A stretch of 64,000 nucleotides of DNA from contig NC_047072.1 in the NCBI RefSeq assembly GCF_902459465.1, positions 5,890,001 to 5,954,000 on the forward strand, written 5' to 3'. Both the position numbers and the translations under genes were made by a program. The DNA is from Asterias rubens (taxonomy: Eukaryota). Every line of letters begins with the position of its first letter. Position 1 is the first letter of the stretch. The notes under the pieces are model-generated. The model saw nothing but the letters and a program-made list of their open reading frames with translations. It was not told the origin of the DNA and did not search any database. This document shows positions 62,976-64,000 of this stretch, piece after piece.

Positions 62976-63349
62976 TTTCGGTATTTCATAAAGTTTCTAA
63001 CCATAAAATTAGTGTAGTTGCAATTATTCAGTCGACCTTCAGTCTTTGGAATAAAGTTACAATGAAACCAATCCATACAGCTGTTTGATGAGGTCTGCAA
63101 AAATCCTTCACATAGTGGGACTGTTCATTTTGTGTAAAAATGTCCATTTCAAATGCATGGAATTTTTAGCTTGGTGTAGTTTCCCAAAGTTTGTAAGAGT
63201 TTTTCATCTTTCTACATATACTGTAAGTGAATAAAGCAGTTTGGTCTATAGTTGAGAGTCAATAATAGTTTGGTGTATAAACACAAAATGAACAACTTCA
63301 CCATATGTGTGGGGGAGTCCCCAAGATTACATCAACACATATAATTAGA

Positions 63350-63581
63350 CAGGGCACAACTTCATGGCTCTGCTTTCTGCTGAATTCTGTGCTTGCTATC
63401 ACCATTCTACGCTTACGTGCAAGCGCAGAATTTCTGCGCTAGCTGTACGCAGAGAATGCCTTAACAATGTAGAGAAAGCACAAGCAAACCCGAGAAAAGA
63501 CGCTTGACCAAAGCGCAGATTCCCTGCTATCATAAGTGCCGGTTCTATGCTTACGGTAAGCAGAGCCATGAAATTGGGCCC
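63350..63581 (-). mobile_element. GGCCC-ended MITE subfamily (ggctctgct type)
   Basis: Ends acagggcacaacttcatggctctgct / agcagagccatgaaattgggccc. Confidence 0.8.
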
Positions 63582-64000
63582 CATTGTATACGTCACACAG
63601 AGATCAACGTGCATAGCAGAAGTTGATTATTTCAACTTGGCTCAATTATAAGCCGAGTATGGTTTTATTAATTACCATATTTTTTAGTTAAAGGGGTATG
63701 TTTTTATATTTAGAGACCCCATAGATGGTACAAAACTAGTTTCTAAAGAGCAAATTCACTCCAGTTAATCAGCAAGTGCTCCATTTAGTGAAGGAGCATA
63801 ATTTCATCAACACAGGTATTTAACAAGAAATTGTGGGATGTATAATTGGTTAGTAATAACAGGATGATTGCTGGGCATCAAGCACAATCATCTATAAAAA
63901 GGTTATTTTACCTAATAATTAGAGAAATGCTCCGATTTAAAATTCAATGATCTTTAATTTACATAATAAATTGTGACCAATGTTGTACCATCATTTAAAA

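Overview
This is AT-rich eukaryotic (animal) genomic DNA. The repeat content suggests an invertebrate deuterostome, probably an echinoderm such as a sea star; that is inference, not a database result. There is no rRNA, no CRISPR array, no autonomous transposase and no protein I can name. The window is dominated by non-autonomous DNA transposons (TTAA-flanked Kolobok-like MITEs, GGCCC-ended MITEs, hAT-like elements with 8-bp TSDs), tRNA-derived SINEs and at least seven tandem arrays. Nearly all ORFs in the supplied track are by-products of these repeats. Four structures are not explained by simple repeats. (1) Five exon-like blocks on + (1151-39270) have canonical or near-canonical splice sites, stops in all frames and a strong CpG-to-TpG erosion signature (lncRNA or eroded pseudogene). 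(2) A 3-exon candidate gene on - (61294-60002) starts at a CpG-rich patch, and its phase-0 middle exon carries two in-frame TGA codons. (3) A 4.3-kb TTAA-flanked foldback element with ~1.75-kb inverted arms sits at the core of a four-level nested transposon cluster (47967-53624). (4) Decayed, internally repeated coding-like segments lie at ~10.75-11.7 kb (+) and ~32.2-34.1 kb (-). Coordinates and counts were done by eye, and diverged edges may be off by a few bases.
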